Shown here: in pieces, positions 17,022 through 27,282 of the stretch
Layout of the letters: the number at the start of each line of letters is the position of its first letter
How positions within the stretch are numbered: the stretch's first letter is position 1
Origin: Phycisphaerales bacterium
GTDB lineage: Bacteria; Planctomycetota; Phycisphaerae; WQYP01
Assembly: GCA_027451365.1 (NCBI GenBank)
Contig: DAIDJN010000048.1
Location: forward strand, 1-29,763
Length of the DNA stretch: 29,763 nt
Direction: 5' to 3'
The notes under the pieces: generated by a model
The model's input: the letters and a program-made list of their open reading frames with translations, nothing else
What the model was told of the DNA's origin: nothing
Databases searched by the model: none
Position numbers and translations under genes: made by a program

Positions 17022-18059
17022 ATGAACATTCAACAGACAGCTTTCGGAAAAACAGCGGATGGTCAGACCGTGGATCTGTTTACGTTAACCAACAGCCACG
17101 GTGTGACCATAAAACTCTGCTCTTGGGGTGCGACGGTAACACAAGTGCTCGCCCCGGATAAAACGGGCAAAACCGCGGACGTGGTTCTTGGCTTTGATTC
17201 CCTGCCGCCGTATCTGGGCAGTCATCCCTACTTCGGCTGCATGGTGGGCCGGGTGGCCAATCGCATTGCCGGGGCGAGCTTTTCTCTGAATGGACAGAAT
17301 TATCCGCTGAATGCCAACAACGGGGCGCATTCACTTCATGGCGGCCCCACCGGGATGGCCCGCCGCGTCTGGACCGGCCGGATCGTCACTGAAGGCGAGC
17401 AGCAGGCGGTTGAATTTTCCTACCGCAGCCCGGACATGGAAGAGGGCTTTCCCGGCAATATGAATGTGCGGGCGGCCTATTCCCTGCGGGACACTGGAAC
17501 ATTGCGTATAGATATGTACGCTATTGCAGACCATGCCACTCCGGTGAACCTGACCAACCACAGCTATTTTAATCTTAAGGGAGCCGGGAATGGCGATATC
17601 CGCGGGCATGAACTGTTTCTGGCCGCCGATTTTTACACGCCTGTGGATGAACATTTAATTACCACCGGCGAAATTCACCGCGTCGCCGGCACCCCGCTGG
17701 ATTTCACCACACCCACGGCCATCGGCGCGCGGCTGGACCGCGTGCCCGGCGGATACGACCACAATTTCGTGCTGCGCGGCACACCCCACACCATGCGTCT
17801 TGCGGCGCGCGCTGTGGAACCAGTCAGCGGCCGCATGCTGGAAGTGCACACCACGCAGCCAGGCATTCAGCTATACACCGGAAACTTTCTGGATGGCAGT
17901 ATTGTCGGCATCGGGGGGGCCTACGCAAAGCAGGGCGGATTCTGTCTGGAAACACAGGACTATCCCAATGCCATTAACCATGGGCATTTCCCCGGAATTC
18001 TTTTAAATCCTGGCCAGACCTGGCATCATGTGGTGGAATACCGTTTTCTGACGGTGTGA
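17022..18059 (+). CDS. galM: Aldose 1-epimerase (galactose mutarotase)
   Basis: GRVANRI, HSLHGG, EEGFPG, NLTNHSYFNL, GYDHNF, QLYTGNFL, CLETQ. Confidence 0.96.
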   Translation: MNIQQTAFGKTADGQTVDLFTLTNSHGVTIKLCSWGATVTQVLAPDKTGKTADVVLGFDSLPPYLGSHPYFGCMVGRVANRIAGASFSLNGQNYPLNANNGAHSLHGGPTGMARRVWTGRIVTEGEQQAVEFSYRSPDMEEGFPGNMNVRAAYSLRDTGTLRIDMYAIADHATPVNLTNHSYFNLKGAGNGDIRGHELFLAADFYTPVDEHLITTGEIHRVAGTPLDFTTPTAIGARLDRVPGGYDHNFVLRGTPHTMRLAARAVEPVSGRMLEVHTTQPGIQLYTGNFLDGSIVGIGGAYAKQGGFCLETQDYPNAINHGHFPGILLNPGQTWHHVVEYRFLTV

Positions 18060-18352
18060 TTTTCATCGCATTGTCGCCAAGGACCTTCGTCCATGGCCTG
18101 GCGGCCCGGTTGCGACTGCGCCCATGCCTGCTCTTGTGCCGTTTTCCGATACGGTACAGTCGATACCAGTTTGGCCCGCGACTGTTGCCCGAACACGAAA
18201 TAGCCGATAATTCATTCGAAAACGCGTTGCTTGGCCCGGTAGTTGCACATTTCTATCGGGTAACCGGACTGATGAAAGACCTTTCATCCGACGGCAACGT
18301 ATAAAGGGCGGCCAATCGCCCGAAAGGTGATCCCGAAGGAGATCCGCCGCAG

Positions 18353-18916
18353 ATGCGACCACCAGACGCCCCAGTCGAATCCGCCGCAGCGGCAGTGCCG
18401 GTACCGGCTAATGCCATGGAGGCCATGCGCTTGTATGGCGGCTGGTTGCGGGCGGTGGCTGTGGCCCGGCTGCGCGGCACACAGGGAGCCGACGATGTGA
18501 TGCAGGATGTGGCTGCGGCCGCCATTCGAAACTGGTCCACGCTGCAGTCACCGCGGAACGCCAAACCGTGGCTTTACCGTCTGACTGTGCGGGCCGCCCT
18601 GATGCACCGGCGCACACTGGGGCGGGCACGCAAGCGTGTGCATGAGGCGGCAGAATTGCAAATAGCACGGCACGGTGCCATGGGTGCCACGTTTGCCGAT
18701 CCGCTTGAAGCGCTTCTTTCGTCGGAACGCAGCGCCCGCCTGCGGGCGGCGTTGGGCCGCCTGCCAACACGCGACGCCGAACTGCTTCTGATGAAGCATG
18801 TCGACGATTGCAGCTACAAGGAAATCGCATCACGCCTGGGCGTGACACAGGCGGTGGTGGAAATGCGCCTGTTCCGCGCCCGCCAGAAATTACGCGGACT
18901 GCTGGAAAATATATAA
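18353..18916 (+). CDS. ECF-type RNA polymerase sigma factor
   Basis: Region 2 (ADDVMQDV, PWLYRL) and region 4 (SYKEIASRLG...VEMRLFRAR); AAGGAG upstream. Confidence 0.92.
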   Translation: MRPPDAPVESAAAAVPVPANAMEAMRLYGGWLRAVAVARLRGTQGADDVMQDVAAAAIRNWSTLQSPRNAKPWLYRLTVRAALMHRRTLGRARKRVHEAAELQIARHGAMGATFADPLEALLSSERSARLRAALGRLPTRDAELLLMKHVDDCSYKEIASRLGVTQAVVEMRLFRARQKLRGLLENI

Positions 18917-18971
18917 CATCGCAATGGGATGGCTTTAAAGTAGTTTTTGTGGCAACAGACAGGGTTAAATC

Positions 18972-19670
18972 ATGAAACCATCAAGCAATGATCCGTTCGA
19001 CACGTCCCGGCCAGATCAGCGGTCCGCGGTCATGAAAATGGATCCGACCGCACAGGCGGAACTCGACCTGCTGGTGGATGATGAACTTCCAGAGACACGT
19101 CGGTCGGCATTGCTGCGCCGCATGGATCAATTTTCTGACGGCTGGCGGCAGATTGCCCTCTGTTTTCTGGAACATCAGGCGCAGCGAAGGGCTTTCCGCG
19201 AGTTGGTCAGTGGAAATGCGAATCGCGTTGGGCATGAAAAATCAGTCGAACAATCCGGTGCGCCGCATCGGTTCCTGACATCGGAGAATTTGCGAATTGC
19301 CGCCGCAGTGCTGCTGACGGCCACAATTTTCAGCCTGGCCGGGATTTATGAGGGACGCCGTGCGGCATCCGTCCCGGCTGGGCAACCTTTTCTCACCGCA
19401 TCCGGGACGGCGCTGCCTTCGGTAGCGGAAACCAAAACGAAAAATCAGCCCAGACAGATTCAGATGCTGACGCATTCTCTTCCGGCGCAATTTGGCAGCG
19501 CGGCTTATTTTGGCAACCAATATGATGCCGCCCAGAGTGTGCCAACAGCCTATCCCGCCGGATCGGGGAATGCGGATCAGAATCAGATTATGGTAGTCGG
19601 GGCAGGCCCGAATCGTGTAATGGCATTTCCGCTTTCGCCAGTTGGCAAGAACGGCCGCCCTGTATATTGA
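18972..19670 (+). CDS. Putative membrane anti-sigma factor
   Basis: Directly after the ECF sigma; N-terminal LDLLVDDEL...GWRQIALCFLE segment followed by one TM helix. Confidence 0.65.
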   Translation: MKPSSNDPFDTSRPDQRSAVMKMDPTAQAELDLLVDDELPETRRSALLRRMDQFSDGWRQIALCFLEHQAQRRAFRELVSGNANRVGHEKSVEQSGAPHRFLTSENLRIAAAVLLTATIFSLAGIYEGRRAASVPAGQPFLTASGTALPSVAETKTKNQPRQIQMLTHSLPAQFGSAAYFGNQYDAAQSVPTAYPAGSGNADQNQIMVVGAGPNRVMAFPLSPVGKNGRPVY

Positions 19671-19715
19671 TACGGCTTAATTGTTCCGGCTTATTGATCC
19701 ACAGGATTCCGTACC

Positions 19716-20960
19716 ATGGTTAAGTCACCAGCGAATTTCCGGCACATCCCGCTTCCAAGGGAATCCGCGCGGTGGAATATATCGCAGAGTGGATGCGGCC
19801 TTTATGCGCTGGCAGAATCGCGAACTTTTTCCAGCCGCGTGCGTAATGTTTATCTGATTCTCCTTCTCCTGATACTGGCGGGTGGCTTGGAAAACAGTCC
19901 TGCCACCGCCAGTGTCGCGGAGAGTTCCCTCACGCCGCCCGCATCCGAATCGCAAATGAAGATCAAATCGCCCGCACGCGCGGCGCACTGGCCCGCACAC
20001 TGGTTAGGTGTGGAGGTGGAAAGAATTCCACCAGTATTCAGTTCTATGGTGGGGCTGCTCCAGAATCAGGGGCTTCTGGTGATCGATGTTGTGCCGTCCA
20101 GCCCGGCGGGTCAAGCTGGCTTGCAACCCGGGGACTTGCTGTATGAACTTAACGGGCATCCGCTGATATTGCCCAGCCAATTAATTCAAGCAGCCAACGC
20201 CCATCACGGAAAGAAGGCCGCACCTTGCAAACTGACCTTCATTCGGCGGGGTAAGCGAGCCACCGTCGTGATAAGCCCGCAACCGCGCCCCGCTTTAAGC
20301 GTTATTCAGTCGGCCAGCAAATTGACCGGTGCCGTCGCGACTCCGAAACCCGCATTTCGGTCGGCTGGCCCGGCTAATCTTAGCCGCATGGTTCCGGGGC
20401 CAGGAATCCTGGTGCATTTGCAGAACAACGCGGTACCTGGCGAAGCTTTGCCGCGCTTTTTTTCCGTTACACGATGGACGCAAAAAAATGGCCAACTGCA
20501 AACCATGCAAATTGCCACCCAGGGAAAAATATACGACGTGGATATGGCACATCTGGAAAAACTGCCGCCGCAAATAGCAACGCTGGCCAGAATATTCGAC
20601 CGCCTGCATCAGAATGCATTGCCGGCACCCGCCGTAGCCATCCCGCGGTTGCAACTGTTTAACAGGGCGGTTCGGATGCGCCAACCAGTAAAAAAAATGA
20701 CGGTTATGGAACGTGAACGCCTGAACTTGGTGCGGCAAATTGCCCTGCTTAACGCAGATATTAAAAATTTAACCGCCGTTCGCCATGAGCTTGCGGCGAT
20801 GAAAGGCCCTTTGCGATCTACCGAGCCACCGGGCGCAACGGCTCCGGAATCAGGCCCGGAGCGCGAATTTGAATGTAAAATGATTGACGCACAACTCGCC
20901 GGACTTACTGCCCAGCGGGCCTGTTTAACGAAATATCTGACGACATTCAACGGGAAATAG
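19716..20960 (+). CDS. PDZ-domain exported protein
   Basis: WLGVEV...GLLVIDVVPSSPAGQAGLQPGDLL PDZ signature; hydrophobic segment near the N-terminus; C-terminal coiled coil. Start uncertain. Confidence 0.75.
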   Translation: MVKSPANFRHIPLPRESARWNISQSGCGLYALAESRTFSSRVRNVYLILLLLILAGGLENSPATASVAESSLTPPASESQMKIKSPARAAHWPAHWLGVEVERIPPVFSSMVGLLQNQGLLVIDVVPSSPAGQAGLQPGDLLYELNGHPLILPSQLIQAANAHHGKKAAPCKLTFIRRGKRATVVISPQPRPALSVIQSASKLTGAVATPKPAFRSAGPANLSRMVPGPGILVHLQNNAVPGEALPRFFSVTRWTQKNGQLQTMQIATQGKIYDVDMAHLEKLPPQIATLARIFDRLHQNALPAPAVAIPRLQLFNRAVRMRQPVKKMTVMERERLNLVRQIALLNADIKNLTAVRHELAAMKGPLRSTEPPGATAPESGPEREFECKMIDAQLAGLTAQRACLTKYLTTFNGK

Positions 20961-21028
20961 ACAATCGTTCATGTGATATAGTCCTATTTTCAATTGACGG
21001 CCCCACCTGTATTACGGGCAAAAAGCCG

Positions 21029-21526
21029 TTATGCAGTGGCCTGTCGCACCAGCAATTGCATGCCCGATGTACCAATTACCACCACCGGACTGCCGGAATT
21101 GATGACCGCCCCCTCACTGACGCAGGCCATCCGTTTGCCTGAAAAATCGCACGTGCCGGCAGGCCGCAGGGTGGAAACGGCCACGCCCGTATGACCCAGC
21201 ATGGCCGCCAGTTCGCTGGTTTCCTTCTCTAATCCCTTAATACTTCCTGGCGGCGGCTGGCGCAACACGATCCGCCGGCCCACGGGGCTTTGCGGGTAAT
21301 AACGCACGGTCAAATAAAGCGCCACCGGTGCGGCACATAAAACCAGGACGACGCCGACGATGCCAGCCAGGGGCGAAACCATGAAACAGGCGGCTACGCC
21401 CGCTATGGCCAGGGCGCAGGAAAACACCAGCAGCAACCCGTGAGCCGGAACAAAAAGCTCGGCCATTAACATGACAATTGCGGCAATAAACAGGACCGCT
21501 GCGGTCAGAATAAGTTCAATGGGCAT
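21029..21526 (-). CDS. Short NfeD family membrane protein
   Basis: AELFVPAHG TM region; GVAVSTLRPAG OB-fold C-terminus. Confidence 0.88.
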   Translation of the reverse strand: MPIELILTAAVLFIAAIVMLMAELFVPAHGLLLVFSCALAIAGVAACFMVSPLAGIVGVVLVLCAAPVALYLTVRYYPQSPVGRRIVLRQPPPGSIKGLEKETSELAAMLGHTGVAVSTLRPAGTCDFSGKRMACVSEGAVINSGSPVVVIGTSGMQLLVRQATA

Positions 21527-21586
21527 GAGAACTGTTCCGGTTGCAAAATTTCAGAATCCGGACACCTCTGCCGGATTGAACGCTTA

Positions 21587-23194
21587 TTATCCGGTATTTA
21601 CCGGCCGAACCCAAGTGCGATTCTCCGTCTGGTGTGCCACCGTCACAACTGAGCCGGCATTGATGTATTCATTTTCCGCCATGACATCCACCAGATCGTC
21701 GCCAAAACGGGCCTTTCCGGCAGGGCGAAGATCTGTTACCGCCCGGCCGACGGCGCCGGGAAACACCACATCGCGCCGGGGCGCGGTTTTGGCGTACAAA
21801 GCCTCCACATCGGGTGCCTTGCCGGCTGCGATCGCAAAACGTCGCAGGCCAGGCGTTACTTTTAAATACCGCATGAGCGCCAGAATAATCGCTCCGCCGG
21901 TAAGCAAACCGAGAGTTGTAACCGTCATACCGGTTCTCAAAGCGCTTAAACTCGCATTGGAATCAAATGAACCGGTATCCGGCGGTATAAACGAAGCGAC
22001 AATGCCCGCAGCCACCAGCAGCAATCCGGGAACAGCCAATACGCCGATACCACCAAAGTGAATGATATCAAAAAGAATAATGATGACGCCCAGCGCCACA
22101 ACTGCCAGCACACCCCAGTTGGCCAAGCCGGTAATCAGCGGTCCGCCCAGCAAAAGAATCAGCGCCAGCACCGCGACGCCGCCGGGAATAGTAATTCCCG
22201 GGTGGGCAAATTCCATATATCCGCACACCAGCATGATAACGAAAAGAAAGAACCGGACTGTCGGCGTTGACAGCCAGCGTGAAAGATTCTCCAGAAAGTC
22301 CAGATGCAGGACATCAATTTTTGCGCCTGTAATCCGCAGTGCGGTGCGCAACTGCAAATGCCCGCGTACTGTCGCGGAACTAAGGCCCATGCGAGCCGCA
22401 TCGCGGGCGTCCACCGTCAGCAGGGTGCCGGCCTTTTTGGCGCGCCGCAAAAATCGCCATTGGTCCGCCAGCGGAACCGGCGCGCCGGCAGCCGCCTTGC
22501 CGGCCGGAACCGCAAATAATGCGCGGCGGGCGGCGGGCGTAAGGAATTTTCTTGAGCCATTCGTACCGTTTTCCACTTCATCAATCTGTATCGCCCGATC
22601 CACCATTCCCAGAAGAATCAGCAGCGGATAGCCTTTTGCGGAATCTTTTTCCAGAGAGGCGGCTATCGGACTGGCCACCTTGGCGTGAAGATCGCTGGCC
22701 AGAGCTTTTCCGGCCGATCCGCGAATCCGCAGCGAATCGCCATCACCCAGCATCGCACCAGGGGCCATGACAATTTTGTCGCACGCGGCGGCAATAAGCA
22801 GTGATGGGCCGAGTGCCGAACCAGACACAAAGGCCACAGTCGGAATTCCCGCAGACCGTAACAGTCTGGCGGTGGCCAGTGCCGGCTTGGTCACGCCACC
22901 GACACTGTTGATGCGAAGAATCAACAGTGAAGCTCCCGCCTTTTTCGCCGCCAGCACGCGGCGCTGCACGCTGGTGAAGGTGATCTGATCTACCGGACCG
23001 CGCACGGTAATAATCGCCGCATGATTGTGCGATCTGGCCTCCACTGGAACCAGCCCACCGATTGCGGGCGCAGCCTGAACCATGGCCGATGAAAGGCACA
23101 GAAACATGGCCGGGAATAGCAAACAGATATACAAATACCCTATAAGCCGCAAGTGCCCGGGTGTGATCCAATTATTCCCACGCATGTTGTTCAT
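21587..23194 (-). CDS. Long NfeD family protein (ClpP-class protease-like domain, TM region, OB fold)
   Basis: ILRINSVGG, ACDKIVMAPGAMLG, YMEFAHPG, GRAVTDLRPAGKARF. Confidence 0.88.
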   Translation of the reverse strand: MNNMRGNNWITPGHLRLIGYLYICLLFPAMFLCLSSAMVQAAPAIGGLVPVEARSHNHAAIITVRGPVDQITFTSVQRRVLAAKKAGASLLILRINSVGGVTKPALATARLLRSAGIPTVAFVSGSALGPSLLIAAACDKIVMAPGAMLGDGDSLRIRGSAGKALASDLHAKVASPIAASLEKDSAKGYPLLILLGMVDRAIQIDEVENGTNGSRKFLTPAARRALFAVPAGKAAAGAPVPLADQWRFLRRAKKAGTLLTVDARDAARMGLSSATVRGHLQLRTALRITGAKIDVLHLDFLENLSRWLSTPTVRFFLFVIMLVCGYMEFAHPGITIPGGVAVLALILLLGGPLITGLANWGVLAVVALGVIIILFDIIHFGGIGVLAVPGLLLVAAGIVASFIPPDTGSFDSNASLSALRTGMTVTTLGLLTGGAIILALMRYLKVTPGLRRFAIAAGKAPDVEALYAKTAPRRDVVFPGAVGRAVTDLRPAGKARFGDDLVDVMAENEYINAGSVVTVAHQTENRTWVRPVNTG

Positions 23195-23473
23195 TCTGGT
23201 TCCATTTCCTTTGAAATATCATAGATCAGTCGTTCGCCCCCGACAAACCAGTGCCCGACCCGCAAATCACCCGTATTCTGACTGACACCCCACCGGAATG
23301 AAAATACTTACGCCGCCAGACAACAAGGGTAAAACTTTTGCGCCGGATTTATCAACCGGCCGGATCGGTATACAATTCAGCTGTATTGAACGGACCGGGG
23401 CCGTGAACTATCACGGGCGGAACACCGACCGGCCATCCGCCCAGCTTTTGATCCCCAATATTGGATATTCTGT

Positions 23474-24145
23474 ATGCCGGAGGCCAATTTTTCACCTGAA
23501 GCTTTGCGTCTGTTCACGCTGCTGCGGCGCGGGCATTATTCCCGCGCCGCCGGTCTTATTGACCGATATCTGGAAAGGTCAACTGCCGAGGCCGTACACT
23601 TGAATATCATGCTGCCGGTCATCGGTCTGGCTGGAGCCTGGGCGACACGCGGAGAACTGACCCACGAAGAAAGTCAAAGAACTTTTGCCGACATCCGCAA
23701 GGTCCTGGCCAGAATCCGTTTGCAACTAAGGCGGCAACCTCCGTTGGGATTAAAAGTTGTGGCGAGCAATCTGCCCGGCGAAATGCACGGAGCCGGCTTG
23801 GAACTGATTGGCGACTGGCTTTGGCGCGACGGCTGGGACGTGATAATCCCACCCATTGATTCGACCGAACGCGTGATTATTCAAACCGTCAAGGAGCACC
23901 ATCCAGACCTGCTGGCGATATCCTGTTCTATTCCGCGGCAGGCCGCAATAGCGCGGCGGATTATTCGCACGCTTCGCGCCACAGGTTTCAGCCGTTCGAT
24001 CTGGATTGGCGGCATGGCGATTAACGCCTATCCCGAATTATTTGCGCGATCCATGGCCGATCACACCGCTCCGGAAATCGTGCGGTTTACCCGCTGCCTT
24101 GCCACGGAATTCGGCTATTCGACCGCGACTCCGACGGAGTTGTGA
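23474..24145 (+). CDS. Stand-alone cobalamin (B12)-binding domain protein
   Basis: Helical cap (GAWATRGELT..E), GEMHGAG (ExHxxG), LAISCS, IWIGG. Confidence 0.8.
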   Translation: MPEANFSPEALRLFTLLRRGHYSRAAGLIDRYLERSTAEAVHLNIMLPVIGLAGAWATRGELTHEESQRTFADIRKVLARIRLQLRRQPPLGLKVVASNLPGEMHGAGLELIGDWLWRDGWDVIIPPIDSTERVIIQTVKEHHPDLLAISCSIPRQAAIARRIIRTLRATGFSRSIWIGGMAINAYPELFARSMADHTAPEIVRFTRCLATEFGYSTATPTEL

Positions 24146-24349
24146 GGGGATTTTTTGATGGGCATTCGCAAAGCGCACCGGCCGCCATCGCAAATTGATG
24201 GGTATTGGCGCGCTATTCCCGATCTACGATTGACTGCTCCGGGCGATTGTGCCCACGTGGCGTCTGGAGAGGAAGCGGTTCAATTGAGTCGCGCGACGTT
24301 CCGCCGGTTCGTTTAATAGTGGCACAGAGGCCGCATCATTACACCCGCC

Positions 24350-24378
24350 TTGACCACTTGTGCCCTATTCCATAGCAT
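24350..24378 (+). promoter_or_regulatory. sigma70-like promoter of the pgk operon
   Basis: TTGACC, 17 nt, TAGCAT, ending 85 nt before the pgk ATG. Confidence 0.6.
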
Positions 24379-24463
24379 AACACCAAACGTAAGAAGGCAT
24401 AGGGACTGCCTGCCGGCCAGCCTTGCCCCGCTGCGGTGCGTAACAGTGAAAGAGTTCTTCGTT

Positions 24464-25654
24464 ATGACAAAAAAGACAGTTGCCCAATTAGATGTTAAAA
24501 ATCGCAATGTTCTGGTTCGCGTTGACTTTAACGTGCCCCTCAACGAACAGGGCCAAATTACCGATAACCGACGTATCGTCGCGGCACTCCCCACCATTAA
24601 AAGCATTGTCGAACGGGGCGGCAAAGCCATTCTCATGAGCCATCTTGGCCGCCCGAAGGGTGGACCGGAAGCGAAATATTCACTCAAGCCGACCGCCATC
24701 TGCCTGTCTGAACTGCTGAAAAAACCGGTCAAAATGGCCGATGACTGCATTGGACCCGCGGTGACGGCCTTGACCAGCGCGATGCAGCCGGGGGAAATTC
24801 TGGTTCTGGAAAACACCCGCTTTCACAAGGGCGAGGAAAAGAACGACCCCGCCCTGGCCACGGAACTGGCAAAACTTGGGTCCCTGTATGTCAACGATGC
24901 GTTCGGCACCGCCCATCGCAAACATGCCTCCACGTTCGGTGTGCCGGCGGCGCTTGGCCAGGGCAATTGCGCCATCGGCTTCCTTATTGAAAAAGAACTC
25001 AAATTTCTTGGTCAGGCACTGGAACATCCGGTGCGGCCGTTTGTCGCTATTCTGGGCGGGGCGAAGGTTTCCGACAAAATTGCGGTGATCGAGAATCTGC
25101 TTTCCAAGGCGGATACCGTGCTGATAGGTGGTGCGATGGCCTATACCTTTTTCCTGGCTCAGGGAAAGAAAATCGGCAAATCACTGTGTGAAAAGGATAA
25201 AGTCGGACTGGCGGCAGAGCTGCTTGCAAAAGCCGGCGGCAAACTGATTCTGCCAGTAGATACCGTTATCAGCGACCAGATCAGCGATACGGCACAAACC
25301 CAGGTCGTGGCCGGAAATATTCCAGACGACAAAGAAGGCTTGGACATCGGCCCGGCAACCGCCGAACTTTACCGCGCTAAAATCGCTGCCGCCAAAACCG
25401 TGGTCTGGAATGGCCCGATGGGCGTGTTTGAGAAAAAACCGTTCCAGAACGGAACCCGCGTGGTTGCTGAAGCACTGGCTTCCATTACCAGCAAGGGTGC
25501 GACGACAATTATCGGCGGCGGAGATTCAGCCGCCGCCATTGAACAGTTCCATCTGGCGGAAAAAGTGTCGCACGTTTCGACGGGCGGCGGCGCGAGTCTG
25601 GAATTTATGGAAGGCAAGGGGTTTGCGTGCCTGGATATTCTGGACAACGCTTGA
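24464..25654 (+). CDS. pgk: Phosphoglycerate kinase
   Basis: [60 protein letters not shown]. Confidence 0.98.
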   Translation: MTKKTVAQLDVKNRNVLVRVDFNVPLNEQGQITDNRRIVAALPTIKSIVERGGKAILMSHLGRPKGGPEAKYSLKPTAICLSELLKKPVKMADDCIGPAVTALTSAMQPGEILVLENTRFHKGEEKNDPALATELAKLGSLYVNDAFGTAHRKHASTFGVPAALGQGNCAIGFLIEKELKFLGQALEHPVRPFVAILGGAKVSDKIAVIENLLSKADTVLIGGAMAYTFFLAQGKKIGKSLCEKDKVGLAAELLAKAGGKLILPVDTVISDQISDTAQTQVVAGNIPDDKEGLDIGPATAELYRAKIAAAKTVVWNGPMGVFEKKPFQNGTRVVAEALASITSKGATTIIGGGDSAAAIEQFHLAEKVSHVSTGGGASLEFMEGKGFACLDILDNA

Positions 25655-25728
25655 TGCCGGTGGAACGCAATCGTTTTCCGGTCGTTCCCCGGCCCATCCC
25701 CGGTCATTCCATAGTTTGGAAGTGATTC

Positions 25729-26421
25729 ATGAGCAGCAACATTTTTCTACGGCCGCCCCACCTGCCGCTGATCGCGCCCTCCATTCTGGCGGCGGATTTC
25801 GGCCGAATCGCCGAGGAAGCCATGGACGCCCAGCGGGCGGGCGCGGATTTGCTGCATGTGGACATTATGGACGGGCACTTTGTGCCCAACCTGACAATGG
25901 GTCCGGATATGGTTCAGGCCCTGGCACGCTCATGCCAGTTAATGCAGGATATTCACCTGATGGTGACCGATCCGCAGGATTTTATAAAGCCGTTTATTGA
26001 CGCCGGTGCCAGCCACCTGACGTTTCACATTGAAGCGCCCGGACTTAAACAGTTTGGCGCGGAGAATCTTATTCGCCGCATTCATGACCTTGGTGCCACC
26101 GCGGGCGTCGCCCTTAACCCTGAAACACCACCTGAACTGCTGGAACCTGTAATCAATGTGCTGGACCTGGTGCTGGTCATGAGCGTTCATCCCGGCTTTA
26201 CCGGCCAAAGCTTCATGCCCGAAACACTGGAAAAAGTCTCCTGGTTCCGCCACCGCCTGACGCCTAAACAACGGCTGGAAATAGATGGCGGCATCGGAAT
26301 TCGTTCCGCCCACGACGCCTTGGAGGCCGGTGCCGATGTTCTGGTCGCCGGTGCGGCAATATTCCGTGCTTCGCAGCGGTCCGGCACCATTCAACTGCTG
26401 CGCGGAGACTACCCGCGGTAG
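25729..26421 (+). CDS. rpe: Ribulose-phosphate 3-epimerase
   Basis: [37 protein letters not shown]. Confidence 0.97.
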   Translation: MSSNIFLRPPHLPLIAPSILAADFGRIAEEAMDAQRAGADLLHVDIMDGHFVPNLTMGPDMVQALARSCQLMQDIHLMVTDPQDFIKPFIDAGASHLTFHIEAPGLKQFGAENLIRRIHDLGATAGVALNPETPPELLEPVINVLDLVLVMSVHPGFTGQSFMPETLEKVSWFRHRLTPKQRLEIDGGIGIRSAHDALEAGADVLVAGAAIFRASQRSGTIQLLRGDYPR

Positions 26422-26496
26422 CAACCTGGCACGGCGGCCGCGGATGAAGCCCGGCAAATACGTTCAACTGATCTTATTTTGAAAAAGGATTCGGGT

Positions 26497-27279
26497 ATGT
26501 CCATTCTGGCGGGTAAAAAAGCACTGGTTTTCGGCGTGCTCAATGAGTATTCGATTGGCTGGCATATTTCCCACGCATTGCATGAGGCGGGCTGCCAACT
26601 CGCTTTTTCCCACCTTCCGGGCGAAAAAATTGAGCGCCGCGTCGTCAAGGCGGTTGAGCCGTTCAAGCCGGCGTTTCTGGCCCCCTGTGATGTGAGTAAC
26701 GATGCCGACATTGCACGGACCATGGAAACCGCCGCCGCAAAATTCGGCACCTTTGACATTCTGGTTCATTCGCTGGCCTTTGCACCGGCCGAAGCCCTGC
26801 ACAATCCGTTCCTGCAAACCACACGTGAAGCATGGAAAACAGCCTTGGATATCAGTGCCTATTCGCTGGTGGCGCTGGCGCGCGCTTCGCAACCCATCAT
26901 GAATGCCAATGGCTCTATCCTTACACTCAGCTATCTGGGGGCCGAAAAATACATTCCCATGTACAACGTAATGGCCGTTGCCAAAGCCGCGCTGGAATGT
27001 TCCGTTCGATATCTGGCCGCAGAAATGGGCCGACATGAAAAGCACATTCGCGTCAATGCCATCAGCGCCGGAGCGGTCAAAACCATGGCAGCACGCGGCA
27101 TCGGCGATATTGATAAAATGATGACCCATTATACGGAAAAATCGCCGCTTCCATGGGAAGTCGACACCGCGGCCGCCCATGTTGGCCGCACCGGATTGTA
27201 TCTGGCCAGCGATCTGTCTTCAGGCGTAACCGGTGAAACCATTTACGTGGACGGTGGCTATAACATCGTCGGGTGGTAA
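26497..27279 (+). CDS. fabI: Enoyl-ACP reductase FabI
   Basis: SIGWHI, VHSLAFAP, ISAYSL, YNVMAVAKAALE, RVNAISAG, TGETIYVDGG; AAGGA RBS before ATG 26497. Confidence 0.95.
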   Translation: MSILAGKKALVFGVLNEYSIGWHISHALHEAGCQLAFSHLPGEKIERRVVKAVEPFKPAFLAPCDVSNDADIARTMETAAAKFGTFDILVHSLAFAPAEALHNPFLQTTREAWKTALDISAYSLVALARASQPIMNANGSILTLSYLGAEKYIPMYNVMAVAKAALECSVRYLAAEMGRHEKHIRVNAISAGAVKTMAARGIGDIDKMMTHYTEKSPLPWEVDTAAAHVGRTGLYLASDLSSGVTGETIYVDGGYNIVGW

Positions 27280-27282
27280 TTC

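Noticed and set aside
23195..23473. Cobalamin riboswitch before the B12-binding gene
   Set aside because: Several hairpins, but no recognisable B12-box or GCCACTG core.
26497..27279. fabI as part of the KS/halogenase cluster
   Set aside because: About 14 kb away, inside a housekeeping operon.
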